DNA of 20,000 bases, taken from IMG/VR virus record IMGVR_UViG_3300003320_000087, positions 109,917 through 129,916 of that record; one strand, 5' to 3'. Positions 1 through 7,727 of the stretch are shown here, in pieces (the stretch's first letter is position 1; each line of letters begins with the position of its first letter). A model generated the notes under the pieces. The model saw only the letters and a program-made list of their open reading frames with translations, was not told the origin of the DNA and did not search any database. The stretch comes from an uncultured virus (IMG/VR IMGVR_UViG_3300003320_000087) (lineage: Duplodnaviria; Heunggongvirae; Uroviricota; Caudoviricetes). A program made the position numbers and the translations under genes.

Positions 1-20
1 GAAGGACAGCTAAAGCGAGC

Positions 21-209
21 ATGAAGTATAACGTAATTGTACAGACGGATGGAAAGCACGATACATACAAGGTATATTCTCACAGACTTGAGAATTACTG
101 TCTTGTTCTGAATTTCGGCAGGCTTGAGAAATCAAAGGCTCCGGAAGAGATTGCTATTCCTGTTTTTACGTTTGATTTGTTCTACACTGAAGATATTGAT
201 GAAGCCTAA
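21..209 (+). CDS. hypothetical phage protein
   Basis: 62 aa ORF; overlaps the start of the next gene. Confidence 0.6.
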   Translation: MKYNVIVQTDGKHDTYKVYSHRLENYCLVLNFGRLEKSKAPEEIAIPVFTFDLFYTEDIDEA

Positions 210-354
210 GTACAAAAAGGGCCAGATTGTAACAGGTCCAGGTAACATTTCTGCAACAATTATTAACATTCTGTCAGATGCGGCGGGATTTAAGTATATC
301 GTAAAGCCAGATGGCAAAAATCCTGTCATCTGGAGAGAGCACGATATCAAATAG
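199..354 (+). CDS. hypothetical protein (MKPKYKKGQIV...)
   Basis: ATG at 199 is in frame with ORF 124..354 and overlaps the previous gene's end. Confidence 0.6.
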   Translation: MKPKYKKGQIVTGPGNISATIINILSDAAGFKYIVKPDGKNPVIWREHDIK

Positions 355-361
355 TTACCAA

Positions 362-390
362 GAGAGGGGTTGACAGCTCCTCTCAAGCTA
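362..390 (+). repeat. hairpin-AAGCT element 1
   Basis: GAGAGGGG-TTGACAG-CTCCTCTC-AAGCTA. Confidence 0.75.
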
Positions 391-398
391 GTTAGAAT
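370..398 (+). promoter_or_regulatory. sigma70/HrdB-type promoter embedded in hairpin element
   Basis: TTGACA-17-TAGAAT. Confidence 0.75.
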
Positions 399-458
399 AG
401 AAAAAGAATAAAACAACTTATAGCAAAGATATAGAATCAAAGAGAATAGATAATAATT

Positions 459-647
459 ATGACTATTTCGCTAGTGGTTCTCTTCGGCATCGCCCTTGTG
501 GTGTGTATTCTGAAGGACAATATGGGTAAGCTCCACGCGTTCATCGCTGTGATGTTCGGGCTTTACCTTGGTTCTACTGGAGTTGGACCTTCTCTCAAGG
601 AGGGGACTGAGAATTTCCTCCATTGGCTGAGTCAGATTCAATTCTGA
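459..647 (+). CDS. small membrane protein
   Basis: 62 aa with two hydrophobic segments; resembles small Streptomyces membrane proteins (from recall). Confidence 0.75.
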   Translation: MTISLVVLFGIALVVCILKDNMGKLHAFIAVMFGLYLGSTGVGPSLKEGTENFLHWLSQIQF

Positions 648-653
648 TTTGGC

Positions 654-680
654 GGGGTTTCGTAAAGAGACCCCAAGCTT
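654..680 (+). repeat. hairpin-AAGCTT element 2
   Basis: GGGGTTTC-GTAAA-GAGACCCC-AAGCTT. Confidence 0.85.
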
Positions 681-702
681 TGTCTACATAAGGAGAGATA
701 TA

Positions 703-1356
703 ATGCGCGAGTACCCTAAGATTGATAATCTGTACAAGCGTAATCCTGAGAAGAAGTCAGAGCTTCTTGTCGGTACATATACCCGGCCGGAATTTTCTCT
801 GATTGATGCTTGGGATGTTACGGAGAAGGTTGACGGTACAAACGTTCAGCTGAAGTTCCACAGGGTTTTTAACGGCTCGTTTGATATTAATGGGCGTACC
901 GAGCGCGCGCAGTTTACCATTGGCCAGGAGAATTTTCTTGAGGAGCTTGGTGACAGCATTCGCGGTAAGGTTCTTCACACCATTAATGCATTCAACCTTG
1001 ATACGCTGACCATCTATGGTGAGCTATATGGCCCAAGGATTCAGTCTGGTGGGAATTATTCTACTGAGCTTGGATTCCGGGCATTTGACATGATGGTGAA
1101 TGACAAGGTATGGTTGGCACCTGAGGATGTTCGTAAGAACGCCGAGTACTTTGGTGTTGAGCAGGTTCCTAACCTGGGGACAATGACTACTGAGAGTATC
1201 TTTCTGATGGTTGCCGGGGGATTTAAGTCCACCTTTGCAATCAATGAAGATTATGATGCAGAAGGTGTTATTGCAAAGCCGCCGTGGAATCTGTATGACC
1301 AGCGTGGAGAGCGGGTTATGTTTAAGCTCAAGACGTGCGATTTGAAGCATCTGTAA
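703..1356 (+). CDS. RNA ligase (Rnl2-like adenylyltransferase domain)
   Basis: Ligase motifs I TEKVDGTN, III YGELYG, IIIa FRAFD, IV EGVIAK, V FKLK; RBS AAGGAGA before ATG 703. Confidence 0.88.
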   Translation: MREYPKIDNLYKRNPEKKSELLVGTYTRPEFSLIDAWDVTEKVDGTNVQLKFHRVFNGSFDINGRTERAQFTIGQENFLEELGDSIRGKVLHTINAFNLDTLTIYGELYGPRIQSGGNYSTELGFRAFDMMVNDKVWLAPEDVRKNAEYFGVEQVPNLGTMTTESIFLMVAGGFKSTFAINEDYDAEGVIAKPPWNLYDQRGERVMFKLKTCDLKHL

Positions 1357-1362
1357 AGATGC

Positions 1363-1388
1363 GGCCAGATGAAAATCTGGCCAAGCTT
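1363..1388 (+). repeat. hairpin-AAGCTT element 3
   Basis: GGCCAGAT-GAAA-ATCTGGCC-AAGCTT. Confidence 0.9.
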
Positions 1389-1413
1389 TTTCCCCTTTCG
1401 TAAAGGACATATA

Positions 1414-2181
1414 ATGACAAGAATTCTTATTGGTTCTCAGGCAATGAAGTTCTGGTTTGGGGAGCATTTCCCAAGAACGCCTAGCGATACAGATTGCTTT
1501 TCGGATGAATTTATTCCAAATGTTGAGTCATTCTGGCATCCGAAGCTTTCTGAATATGAATGGAAGTTTGGGATTGTTGCTTCCATTGAAGAGCTATACA
1601 CCATCAAAGTTTCCCATGCTTTTTGGTTTCATGGTGACCGCAAGTGGTGGAAGCATATGTACGATGTGAAGTTCCTTCAGGACAAGGGGTACGACCATCT
1701 TGTTCCTGAGCTGTATGATATTCTGTATAGTATTTGGGTTGAGCGTCATGGAAAGAAGAAGGCGTTTCTTAACGTACCCGCCGATGAATTTTTCAATCCA
1801 AATGTGGACCGGATTTATGAGCATGACAGCATTCATCAGTCTATTGCCTATTATGATGAACCGCTATTCAGCAGAATTTTGCGGGACGGGCATGAAGTTA
1901 TGGTAGATGAATCAAAGTTCTGGTCTCTCTCACAAGAGGATAGGTTCAAGCTTGTCCGTGAAGAGGTGTACGCAACGGCTCTAGAACGAATTCTCATCCC
2001 CAGCAATTATGTGAAGAGTCCTAGAGGCGCCTACAATTGGGCAATGCGGAAGACAATTACTGACTTCTCAAAGGGTTGGTTTCCCAAGTTCATCGTGCTA
2101 CACTGGAATGAGCTGTACCGGCCGGATGTTGATTACTTGAAGATTCATCTGAATAATAAGGATAAGTTGATAACGCTATGA
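1414..2181 (+). CDS. phage protein with N-terminal nucleotidyltransferase-like motif
   Basis: ILIGSQA...PSDTD matches the hG[GS]...DxD Pol-beta NTase signature; also YEHDSIH; RBS AAAGGA before ATG 1414. Confidence 0.65.
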   Translation: MTRILIGSQAMKFWFGEHFPRTPSDTDCFSDEFIPNVESFWHPKLSEYEWKFGIVASIEELYTIKVSHAFWFHGDRKWWKHMYDVKFLQDKGYDHLVPELYDILYSIWVERHGKKKAFLNVPADEFFNPNVDRIYEHDSIHQSIAYYDEPLFSRILRDGHEVMVDESKFWSLSQEDRFKLVREEVYATALERILIPSNYVKSPRGAYNWAMRKTITDFSKGWFPKFIVLHWNELYRPDVDYLKIHLNNKDKLITL

Positions 2182-2513
2182 ATGATTTTGTAACTGAATT
2201 TGAACAGTATCTTGCCAAGAATTGGGAGTTTAAGTTCAGGTATGGTACCTTCCATGGAACCTTTGGATTTTATCAGGTTCTTTGGTCCGGTGATGCTATT
2301 GAGCTGAATACCCTATATGGTAAGGCTAAGGTTGTTGAGCGTTCTACTGACTATGCAGATGGTCAGGAAGAACGAACCATGGTTGTTAAGATTGGTGACC
2401 GATTCGTAAAGAAGGTTGGTTACTACGACTCATGGGACAGTTCAGATTGGGATGGCTCTATTACTGAGGTAAAGCCTGTAGACAGGATTGTCACGGTTTA
2501 TGAGCCAGTCTGA
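2178..2513 (+). CDS. acidic hypothetical protein, paralog 1 of 3
   Basis: C-terminal GYYDSWDSSDWDGSITEVKP..VTVY motif; ATGA overlap with upstream gene. Confidence 0.8.
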   Translation: MNDFVTEFEQYLAKNWEFKFRYGTFHGTFGFYQVLWSGDAIELNTLYGKAKVVERSTDYADGQEERTMVVKIGDRFVKKVGYYDSWDSSDWDGSITEVKPVDRIVTVYEPV

Positions 2514-2519
2514 TATCCC

Positions 2520-2539
2520 GCCCCGAAAGGGGCAAGCTT
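2520..2539 (+). repeat. hairpin-AAGCTT element 4
   Basis: GCCCC-GAAA-GGGGC-AAGCTT. Confidence 0.9.
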
Positions 2540-2556
2540 TCTGATTGGAGAATAAC

Positions 2557-2871
2557 ATGACTAAGTTCAGTGCTGCTCAGGTTGAGGCGGCTATTGAGGA
2601 AGAGTTTGACGGTTATCCCGAAGAATTCTATGGTGAGGTTGGCACGGATGGCTACGAATTGACCATGCTTGATGGTGCAGTGGCTTATGGTGTTGCCCGT
2701 GAAGGTGGTTATGAAGGCGGCGGGGATTACATGGATGTAGTCTTTCGAATTGGACAACAGTTTTTCCGTAAGCAGGGAACACACAACTCTTGGGATGCTA
2801 GCTATTGGGATGGCACTCTCGAAGAGGTTGAGCCTTATCAAGAGACTGTTACAAAGTACCGGGCGGTTTAA
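2557..2871 (+). CDS. acidic hypothetical protein, paralog 2 of 3
   Basis: GTHNSWDASYWDGTLEEVEP..VTKY; RBS GGAG before ATG 2557. Confidence 0.8.
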   Translation: MTKFSAAQVEAAIEEEFDGYPEEFYGEVGTDGYELTMLDGAVAYGVAREGGYEGGGDYMDVVFRIGQQFFRKQGTHNSWDASYWDGTLEEVEPYQETVTKYRAV

Positions 2872-3170
2872 TGTATACTAAGAATCAAATTCAAGATGCA
2901 ATTCTTGAAGACTATGATGGCGATTGGTCAGAGTTCCTTTACATGGTGAATGACAGTCATGATGAAGAGGCAGAGCTTCCGTCACTTGGTGTAAAGGCAA
3001 TTGGTGTTGAAAATGGCGGAGAAAAGTATCTCTGGGAAGTTTTCAAGGTTGGTGACCAGTATTTCCGCATGAACGGCACTCATGATTCTTATGAGGGTTC
3101 TATGTGGGATGGAGAGCTTGAAGAGGTTGAGCCCTTCAAGAAGACTGTGGTAGACTATCGTTCTAAGTGA
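2871..3170 (+). CDS. acidic hypothetical protein, paralog 3 of 3
   Basis: GTHDSYEGSMWDGELEEVEP..VVDY; TAATG coupling to upstream gene. Confidence 0.8.
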   Translation: MYTKNQIQDAILEDYDGDWSEFLYMVNDSHDEEAELPSLGVKAIGVENGGEKYLWEVFKVGDQYFRMNGTHDSYEGSMWDGELEEVEPFKKTVVDYRSK

Positions 3171-3177
3171 CGGTGCT

Positions 3178-3197
3178 GCGGGGCAACCCGCAAGCTT
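3178..3197 (+). repeat. hairpin-AAGCTT element 5
   Basis: GCGGG-GCAA-CCCGC-AAGCTT. Confidence 0.9.
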
Positions 3198-3206
3198 GGA
3201 GGTATT

Positions 3207-3401
3207 ATGAAGTTCAAGTATAGAATTTGGGTTACAGAGCGTGAGCGCGGTTGGGGTGAATCTTGCTGGACTGAAGACTTTGATACACCAGAAGAGGCCC
3301 AGGAAAGAATTAACAAAATTAATGAACGTAATAAGCCTGGTCCTGTTCCAGATTACTATATTCAGGCAGACAATGAAATTCGCGCTGTTCGAGTAGCTTG
3401 A
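3207..3401 (+). CDS. hypothetical protein
   Basis: 64 aa ORF, RBS GGAGGT. Confidence 0.8.
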   Translation: MKFKYRIWVTERERGWGESCWTEDFDTPEEAQERINKINERNKPGPVPDYYIQADNEIRAVRVA

Positions 3402-3427
3402 CATCTGATATGAAGGGTTGGTAATAT
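3398..3427 (+). promoter_or_regulatory. HrdB-type promoter (probable leaderless transcript)
   Basis: TTGACA-18-TAATAT with ATG 6 nt after the -10. Confidence 0.65.
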
Positions 3428-3433
3428 CTGACC

Positions 3434-3610
3434 ATGAGATATGAAGTTCGAGAAGATGTAGACCGATACAACAAGCCTACGGGACAGTGGGCTATTTGGG
3501 ATACACATGAAGGCAAGGCGACAGCCCGGTTTAGTGAAAAGGCCAGGGCTGAAGAGATTGTCGATAAGTACTATGCCGCACAATTCGCGGCTGAATCTGC
3601 TGCGGAGTAA
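3434..3610 (+). CDS. hypothetical protein (MRYEVREDVD..., 58 aa; not in ORF track)
   Basis: Translated manually; fills the gap between genes on the coding strand. Confidence 0.7.
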   Translation: MRYEVREDVDRYNKPTGQWAIWDTHEGKATARFSEKARAEEIVDKYYAAQFAAESAAE

Positions 3611-3612
3611 AC

Positions 3613-3999
3613 GTGTCTGTTGAGTTTAACACCTTTTGTGCTGTTGGGGATAAGGAAATTCCTGCTAAGCTTTTCTATAGCAGTGATGACCCTGCTGTAC
3701 TTGAATTCACATTCTATAATACTGGTAAGACCACAACATCCGCCCGGTGGATTTTTGCCCGGGATTTGATTCATGATGCATTCAATTCAGAATGCGGAGA
3801 ATCAGGGATTGGTGATATCAGGGTAGAAGCAGACAATGAATCCGTTTTGTTCTGGATTACCTCAAATGACGGAGATGCTTTGGCTACATTTGAGCGGGCG
3901 GTCATTGATGAGTTTATGGAATGTGTATATGATGAAGTTCCCGAAGGAGAAGACCACTACGAAATCCCGGATGAATTTCCTGAGGAATGGCTAGTGTAA
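3613..3999 (+). CDS. SsgA-family sporulation/cell-division regulator (SALP)
   Basis: Motifs YxxxDP, WIFARDL, GxGDIRV, VPEGE in SsgA-family order and spacing; GTG start. Confidence 0.85.
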   Translation: MSVEFNTFCAVGDKEIPAKLFYSSDDPAVLEFTFYNTGKTTTSARWIFARDLIHDAFNSECGESGIGDIRVEADNESVLFWITSNDGDALATFERAVIDEFMECVYDEVPEGEDHYEIPDEFPEEWLV

Positions 4000-4032
4000 A
4001 ACTCTTGAGGTACAATAGACTCAGGAGGCAAT

Positions 4033-4185
4033 ATGGAAGGTGAGCTAATTTCCGTGGACCAGGTATGGTTTGGAATTCGAGAACCAGAATGGTGGCCGGA
4101 AGACGAAGAAGATTTTGAAGAAAGACTTTTTGTGCCAAAAAAGGTGACCTTTCGTAAAGAGCTAAAAATTCGGCGCAAAAATTAG
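4033..4185 (+). CDS. small hypothetical protein (MEGELISVDQ..., 50 aa; not in ORF track)
   Basis: RBS AGGAGG; translated manually. Confidence 0.6.
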   Translation: MEGELISVDQVWFGIREPEWWPEDEEDFEERLFVPKKVTFRKELKIRRKN

Positions 4186-4207
4186 ACCTTTCGTAAAGGG
4201 CCTATTT

Positions 4208-4228
4208 GCCCCATTCAGGGGCAAGCTT
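4208..4228 (+). repeat. hairpin-AAGCTT element 6
   Basis: GCCCC-ATTCA-GGGGC-AAGCTT. Confidence 0.85.
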
Positions 4229-4285
4229 GAATGTATATATGAACACGCATGCGTGATACCATACTTCGGTTGAGGAATCAAGAGG

Positions 4286-4314
4286 TTGACATCTTCCCTC
4301 TGCTCCCGTAGTGT
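4286..4314 (+). promoter_or_regulatory. HrdB-type promoter
   Basis: TTGACA-17-TAGTGT. Confidence 0.7.
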
Positions 4315-4351
4315 CTGACCCATCGAAGCAACCCGCCCAAAAAATTGGGGG

Positions 4352-4380
4352 TTGACAGCAAGAGACAAGACAGCTAAAGT
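4352..4380 (+). promoter_or_regulatory. HrdB-type promoter
   Basis: TTGACA-17-TAAAGT. Confidence 0.7.
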
Positions 4381-4409
4381 AGGACTCAAGAAACCAACAG
4401 GAGGTCAAA

Positions 4410-4763
4410 ATGAAGGTGTCCGTTCGATTCAACAAGAGCACGGTTAAGAAGACCTCTCGCTCTAAGGTTGGCGGGATTGTTGTCAAGCGTCTCGGCAAGG
4501 TTCGTGACACCCACGTTGCCGGAACTGTTGTGCTTAAGAAGGTGCATTTTGGCCGGACTCTCCTTGGTGAGGTGATTGAGGAGACCGACAACATCTTGAC
4601 CCCCCGTGCTGAGGATGGTATGTTTTCTCGTGCGGTGAAGAACTGGAATCGTGCTCGGTTCATCGGCTCTCTTGGTGGATACTACAACACCAGGACTGGT
4701 GAGCGTGTGATGGATGCCGAGTATGTTTACATGGCTGGTTCTGACATTTACTACACTGACTGA
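4410..4763 (+). CDS. basic hypothetical protein
   Basis: 117 aa ORF, RBS AGGAGG. Confidence 0.85.
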   Translation: MKVSVRFNKSTVKKTSRSKVGGIVVKRLGKVRDTHVAGTVVLKKVHFGRTLLGEVIEETDNILTPRAEDGMFSRAVKNWNRARFIGSLGGYYNTRTGERVMDAEYVYMAGSDIYYTD

Positions 4764-4777
4764 AAAGGAATAGTTAA

Positions 4778-5359
4778 ATGGCTACGGAGCGTGAATACCT
4801 TATTAGCATCGGTCTCGCTAAGGAAGGACGCGGGCGGTTTTCTTCTGAAGCTAAGGCTGCTTTGGAAAAGGCTAAGTCTGAGGGTATGGTTTTTGACCTG
4901 ACCCCGGCTGAAATTGCTAAGCTGGAAAGGCAGAATAGGACAAAGAGGGTCAAGGAAGTTTCTCCTAAGCCTGTGAGTGTCCGTCGCCCCACTCAGGATG
5001 AATACGACGTCAAGGCTGTTCGTGCATGGGGTGAGCAGACTGGGGCTATCGAAAAGGGAAAGCGCGGTAAGCTTTCTACAGCTCTTATCAACGCCTACCT
5101 TGCATCTAACAAGGTTGAAAAGAAGGTGGCCGTTAAGAAGTCTGCTGTAAAGAGGTCTATTGTCAGGTCTGAGACGGTTGGTTATACTTTTGCCAAGCGT
5201 AAGGATACTGACCCGGCATTCATTTCGGAGCCGCTGGTTGCCGTGATGACTTGCGGGAAGTGCTCTCGTGGGGTATCCTACTGTGGATGCCAGGATGGTC
5301 CGGTTGCCCCAAGTTATCTTGGTGGTCAGCCTCTGATGTTGACCCGCCCGGTTAAGTAG
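4778..5359 (+). CDS. Lsr2-like DNA-binding domain protein with C-terminal Cys cluster
   Basis: KAVRAWGEQTGAIEKGKRGKLSTALINAY resembles the Lsr2 C-terminal domain; N-terminal GRGRFS; C-terminal CGKC...CGC. Confidence 0.7.
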   Translation: MATEREYLISIGLAKEGRGRFSSEAKAALEKAKSEGMVFDLTPAEIAKLERQNRTKRVKEVSPKPVSVRRPTQDEYDVKAVRAWGEQTGAIEKGKRGKLSTALINAYLASNKVEKKVAVKKSAVKRSIVRSETVGYTFAKRKDTDPAFISEPLVAVMTCGKCSRGVSYCGCQDGPVAPSYLGGQPLMLTRPVK

Positions 5360-5368
5360 GGTAACGTT

Positions 5369-5395
5369 GTTGGGGAGGATAAACCTCCCCAACTG
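5369..5395 (+). other. intergenic hairpin (variant of the AAGCTT element)
   Basis: GTTGGGGAGG-ATAAA-CCTCCCCAAC, followed by TGAGAGG RBS. Confidence 0.55.
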
Positions 5396-5405
5396 AGAGG
5401 AAAAA

Positions 5406-5732
5406 ATGTACGGAGACAATTCATATCGGCCGGATTATCCTGGTGCTAGGCTGACGAATCACCAGCACCGTGGAAATAGGCGCGATAATGCTGCGATTAA
5501 CAAGCTTCTTGACTCCATTACCAATGTGGATAGCAATGTCATTCAGTTGGCTAATGCTATGGTAAATACTGCTAGTCCAGGAGTTCGCGGTAGGCTTATG
5601 GATTTGGCAATTGCCATTATCTTTGCCGAAGCAGATGCATACGTTTATCAGAATGATGATTCTGATGGACCGAAGAACGCCATGGTTTTGGTTGACACTA
5701 TGAACCAGTTTGGCATCCAACTGAAGCCTTGA
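5406..5732 (+). CDS. hypothetical protein
   Basis: 108 aa ORF, RBS GAGG. Confidence 0.8.
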   Translation: MYGDNSYRPDYPGARLTNHQHRGNRRDNAAINKLLDSITNVDSNVIQLANAMVNTASPGVRGRLMDLAIAIIFAEADAYVYQNDDSDGPKNAMVLVDTMNQFGIQLKP

Positions 5733-5757
5733 CAGGCACCGAAGCACCTGCTAGTCT
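5729..5757 (+). promoter_or_regulatory. HrdB-type promoter
   Basis: TTGACA-17-TAGTCT. Confidence 0.72.
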
Positions 5758-5795
5758 TTAATCAATCAAGCAAGACAAACCGAGGAGAAAAAATC

Positions 5796-6809
5796 ATGGT
5801 TGCTGCTGTTGAGACCTACAAGGATATGGCTGCATTTGCTTCCCTCCGTGAGGAAGCTTGGCATGGACTTGGTACGGTGTTTGACAAGCCGGTCACCACG
5901 TCTGAGATGTTGGACCTTGCTCACCTTTCTAACTGGAATCTTCGTATGGTTCCACTGGACATCGATGGTGAGTATTCTGACCGTATCGAGTACAAGATTC
6001 TTCGCGACAATCCGTTCATGAAGCGCGTTGACCGTCTTGGAATTGTTGGGCGGCGCTATAAGCTTTTCCCGAACGAAGAGCTTTTCGCCTTCGGTGACAA
6101 TCTGACCAATCAGAGGCGCCGGTGGGAAACGGCTGGTAGCCTTGATGGTGGCCGAACGGTATTTGCAACTCTTGCCGATACGGAAGACATTGTTCTTGAC
6201 CCGAATGGCGCAGGAGATATCATTAAGAAGTATCTTCTTCTGAAGTCTTCTCACGATGGTTCTGGCAAGATTGTTGCCAAGCGTATCAACACCCGTGTTG
6301 TTTGCAAGAATACTCTGAACATTGGTCTGAAGGAGAATGGCGCGGAATTCAGCATTCGTCACACTCAGAAGCTGGAAGGCCGTCTTGCTGAGGCTAAGTT
6401 GGCTCTAGGGTTTGCTGAGGATTACGATGAAGAGTTTGAGGCTGCCATGCAGACTCTTTACGCCAAGGATATGACCATGGTGGAATTCGAGCGGATTGTT
6501 CTGGCCGAATTCCCTGAGCCGGATGCCGAAAAGGCTGGGGCTTACACTCGGTGGGAAAACAAGATTGATACTATTCTGGATGTCTGGGGAGACTCTACCA
6601 AGTCTGTCACTGACCTTCCGAATAACGCCTACCGTGGTCTTCAGGTTCTGACTGAGCACAACCAGTGGTTCCGTAACCTGCGAAATGAAGAGGGAACGGA
6701 TACTCCGAATCTGGAGAACTTCCATGCTGCTGGAATGGGTATGGAGGCAAAGACGAATGAGTTCCGGACCCGGGTCTTCGGCCGGATGATGGAATTCGCA
6801 ACTGCCTAA
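5796..6809 (+). CDS. DUF932/DUF945 (TIGR03299-like) phage/plasmid protein
   Basis: AWHGLG, ETAGSLDGGR, YLLLxxSHDGS, RVVCxNTL motifs. Confidence 0.85.
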   Translation: MVAAVETYKDMAAFASLREEAWHGLGTVFDKPVTTSEMLDLAHLSNWNLRMVPLDIDGEYSDRIEYKILRDNPFMKRVDRLGIVGRRYKLFPNEELFAFGDNLTNQRRRWETAGSLDGGRTVFATLADTEDIVLDPNGAGDIIKKYLLLKSSHDGSGKIVAKRINTRVVCKNTLNIGLKENGAEFSIRHTQKLEGRLAEAKLALGFAEDYDEEFEAAMQTLYAKDMTMVEFERIVLAEFPEPDAEKAGAYTRWENKIDTILDVWGDSTKSVTDLPNNAYRGLQVLTEHNQWFRNLRNEEGTDTPNLENFHAAGMGMEAKTNEFRTRVFGRMMEFATA

Positions 6810-6819
6810 TCTGTGAATA

Positions 6820-6857
6820 GAGGGGCTATCTCATAAACGGGATAGCCCCTCAAGCTT
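6820..6857 (+). repeat. hairpin-AAGCTT element 7
   Basis: GAGGGGCTATCTC-ATAAAC-GGGATAGCCCCTC-AAGCTT. Confidence 0.9.
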
Positions 6858-6885
6858 TTGTATTGTATAATGAGGAGATAAAGCG

Positions 6886-7050
6886 ATGGCAGAGTTTCTG
6901 CTTTCTGTAGTTGGGAGTGCAGTAATTGCCGGGGTTATTGAGGCAATTGCATTCATGACTGGCCATGACCCGAATTACTTCGTTGTCTGGCTTTTTGTAT
7001 TCCTTGCATGGTGGGGTATCTTCCTGATTGATGCAGACCTTGACTTTTAG
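6886..7050 (+). CDS. small membrane protein (54 aa; not in ORF track)
   Basis: RBS GAGGAG; MAEFLLSVVG..., two hydrophobic segments. Confidence 0.75.
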   Translation: MAEFLLSVVGSAVIAGVIEAIAFMTGHDPNYFVVWLFVFLAWWGIFLIDADLDF

Positions 7051-7058
7051 GAATACAT

Positions 7059-7080
7059 GGGGAAGTAATTCCCCAAGCTT
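7059..7080 (+). repeat. hairpin-AAGCTT element 8
   Basis: GGGGAA-GTAA-TTCCCC-AAGCTT. Confidence 0.9.
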
Positions 7081-7089
7081 GAAGGAGGA

Positions 7090-7428
7090 ATGAAATTGAA
7101 ACTGCCAATGTTCACCAAAGCTTTGGAGACAAAGGTAATCGAAGAAAGGGTATTCGTTGACCTAGAGCATCTAGTTCAGCTATTGTTTGATATCTCGAAT
7201 GAAACATCTATTGCAGCAACTAAGAACAGGGACCCGGCATTGGGTGCCATGACTCTTGGTGTGACGACCATCGGACAGGCTCTAGATGGGGCTCTGACAG
7301 CCCACAAGGAAGCCAACGGACTTACGGAGCAACCGAAGCCTTGTGGAGTCTCACGGCCACACCCTAGCCATTTGAGGATGCTGGACCGTAAGAGGGTTCG
7401 TTGTCCTGGTGTTGACCAGCCTGATTAA
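7090..7428 (+). CDS. hypothetical protein
   Basis: 112 aa ORF after AAGGAGG; exact start uncertain. Confidence 0.75.
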   Translation: MKLKLPMFTKALETKVIEERVFVDLEHLVQLLFDISNETSIAATKNRDPALGAMTLGVTTIGQALDGALTAHKEANGLTEQPKPCGVSRPHPSHLRMLDRKRVRCPGVDQPD

Positions 7429-7440
7429 ACATGCTACACT
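7412..7440 (+). promoter_or_regulatory. HrdB-type promoter
   Basis: TTGACC-17-TACACT. Confidence 0.65.
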
Positions 7441-7449
7441 AGATACATT

Positions 7450-7555
7450 CGTTAGGTTGAATAACCAACGCCTTTCTTTCAAATAGATTCCGGTACTCCT
7501 ATCAGTCTAATCAGGCAAGGAGCTAAGCAACAAGTCGGCTGTTGTGCCGGAATCT
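7450..7555 (+). ncRNA. putative structured leader / small RNA
   Basis: AGATTCCGGTAC (7485-7496) pairs with GTGCCGGAATCT (7544-7555), enclosing two inner hairpins; lies just after a promoter. Confidence 0.45.
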
Positions 7556-7590
7556 CTTCATATCAGCAAACATAAACAAGGAGGATTAAC

Positions 7591-7716
7591 ATGCCTACGG
7601 TTTACGATTACGATGACGAGACTGGTGACTTCAAGGTCATTGATGAGCCAGAGCAGCGTACTTTTGTTGATTCTAGCTTTGATTTTGACCCTTATAGTTA
7701 CATTGAGAACAAGTAA
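7591..7716 (+). CDS. small acidic protein (MPTVYDYDDE..., 41 aa; not in ORF track)
   Basis: Strong RBS AAGGAGG; translated manually. Confidence 0.7.
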   Translation: MPTVYDYDDETGDFKVIDEPEQRTFVDSSFDFDPYSYIENK

Positions 7717-7727
7717 AAGGAAATACA

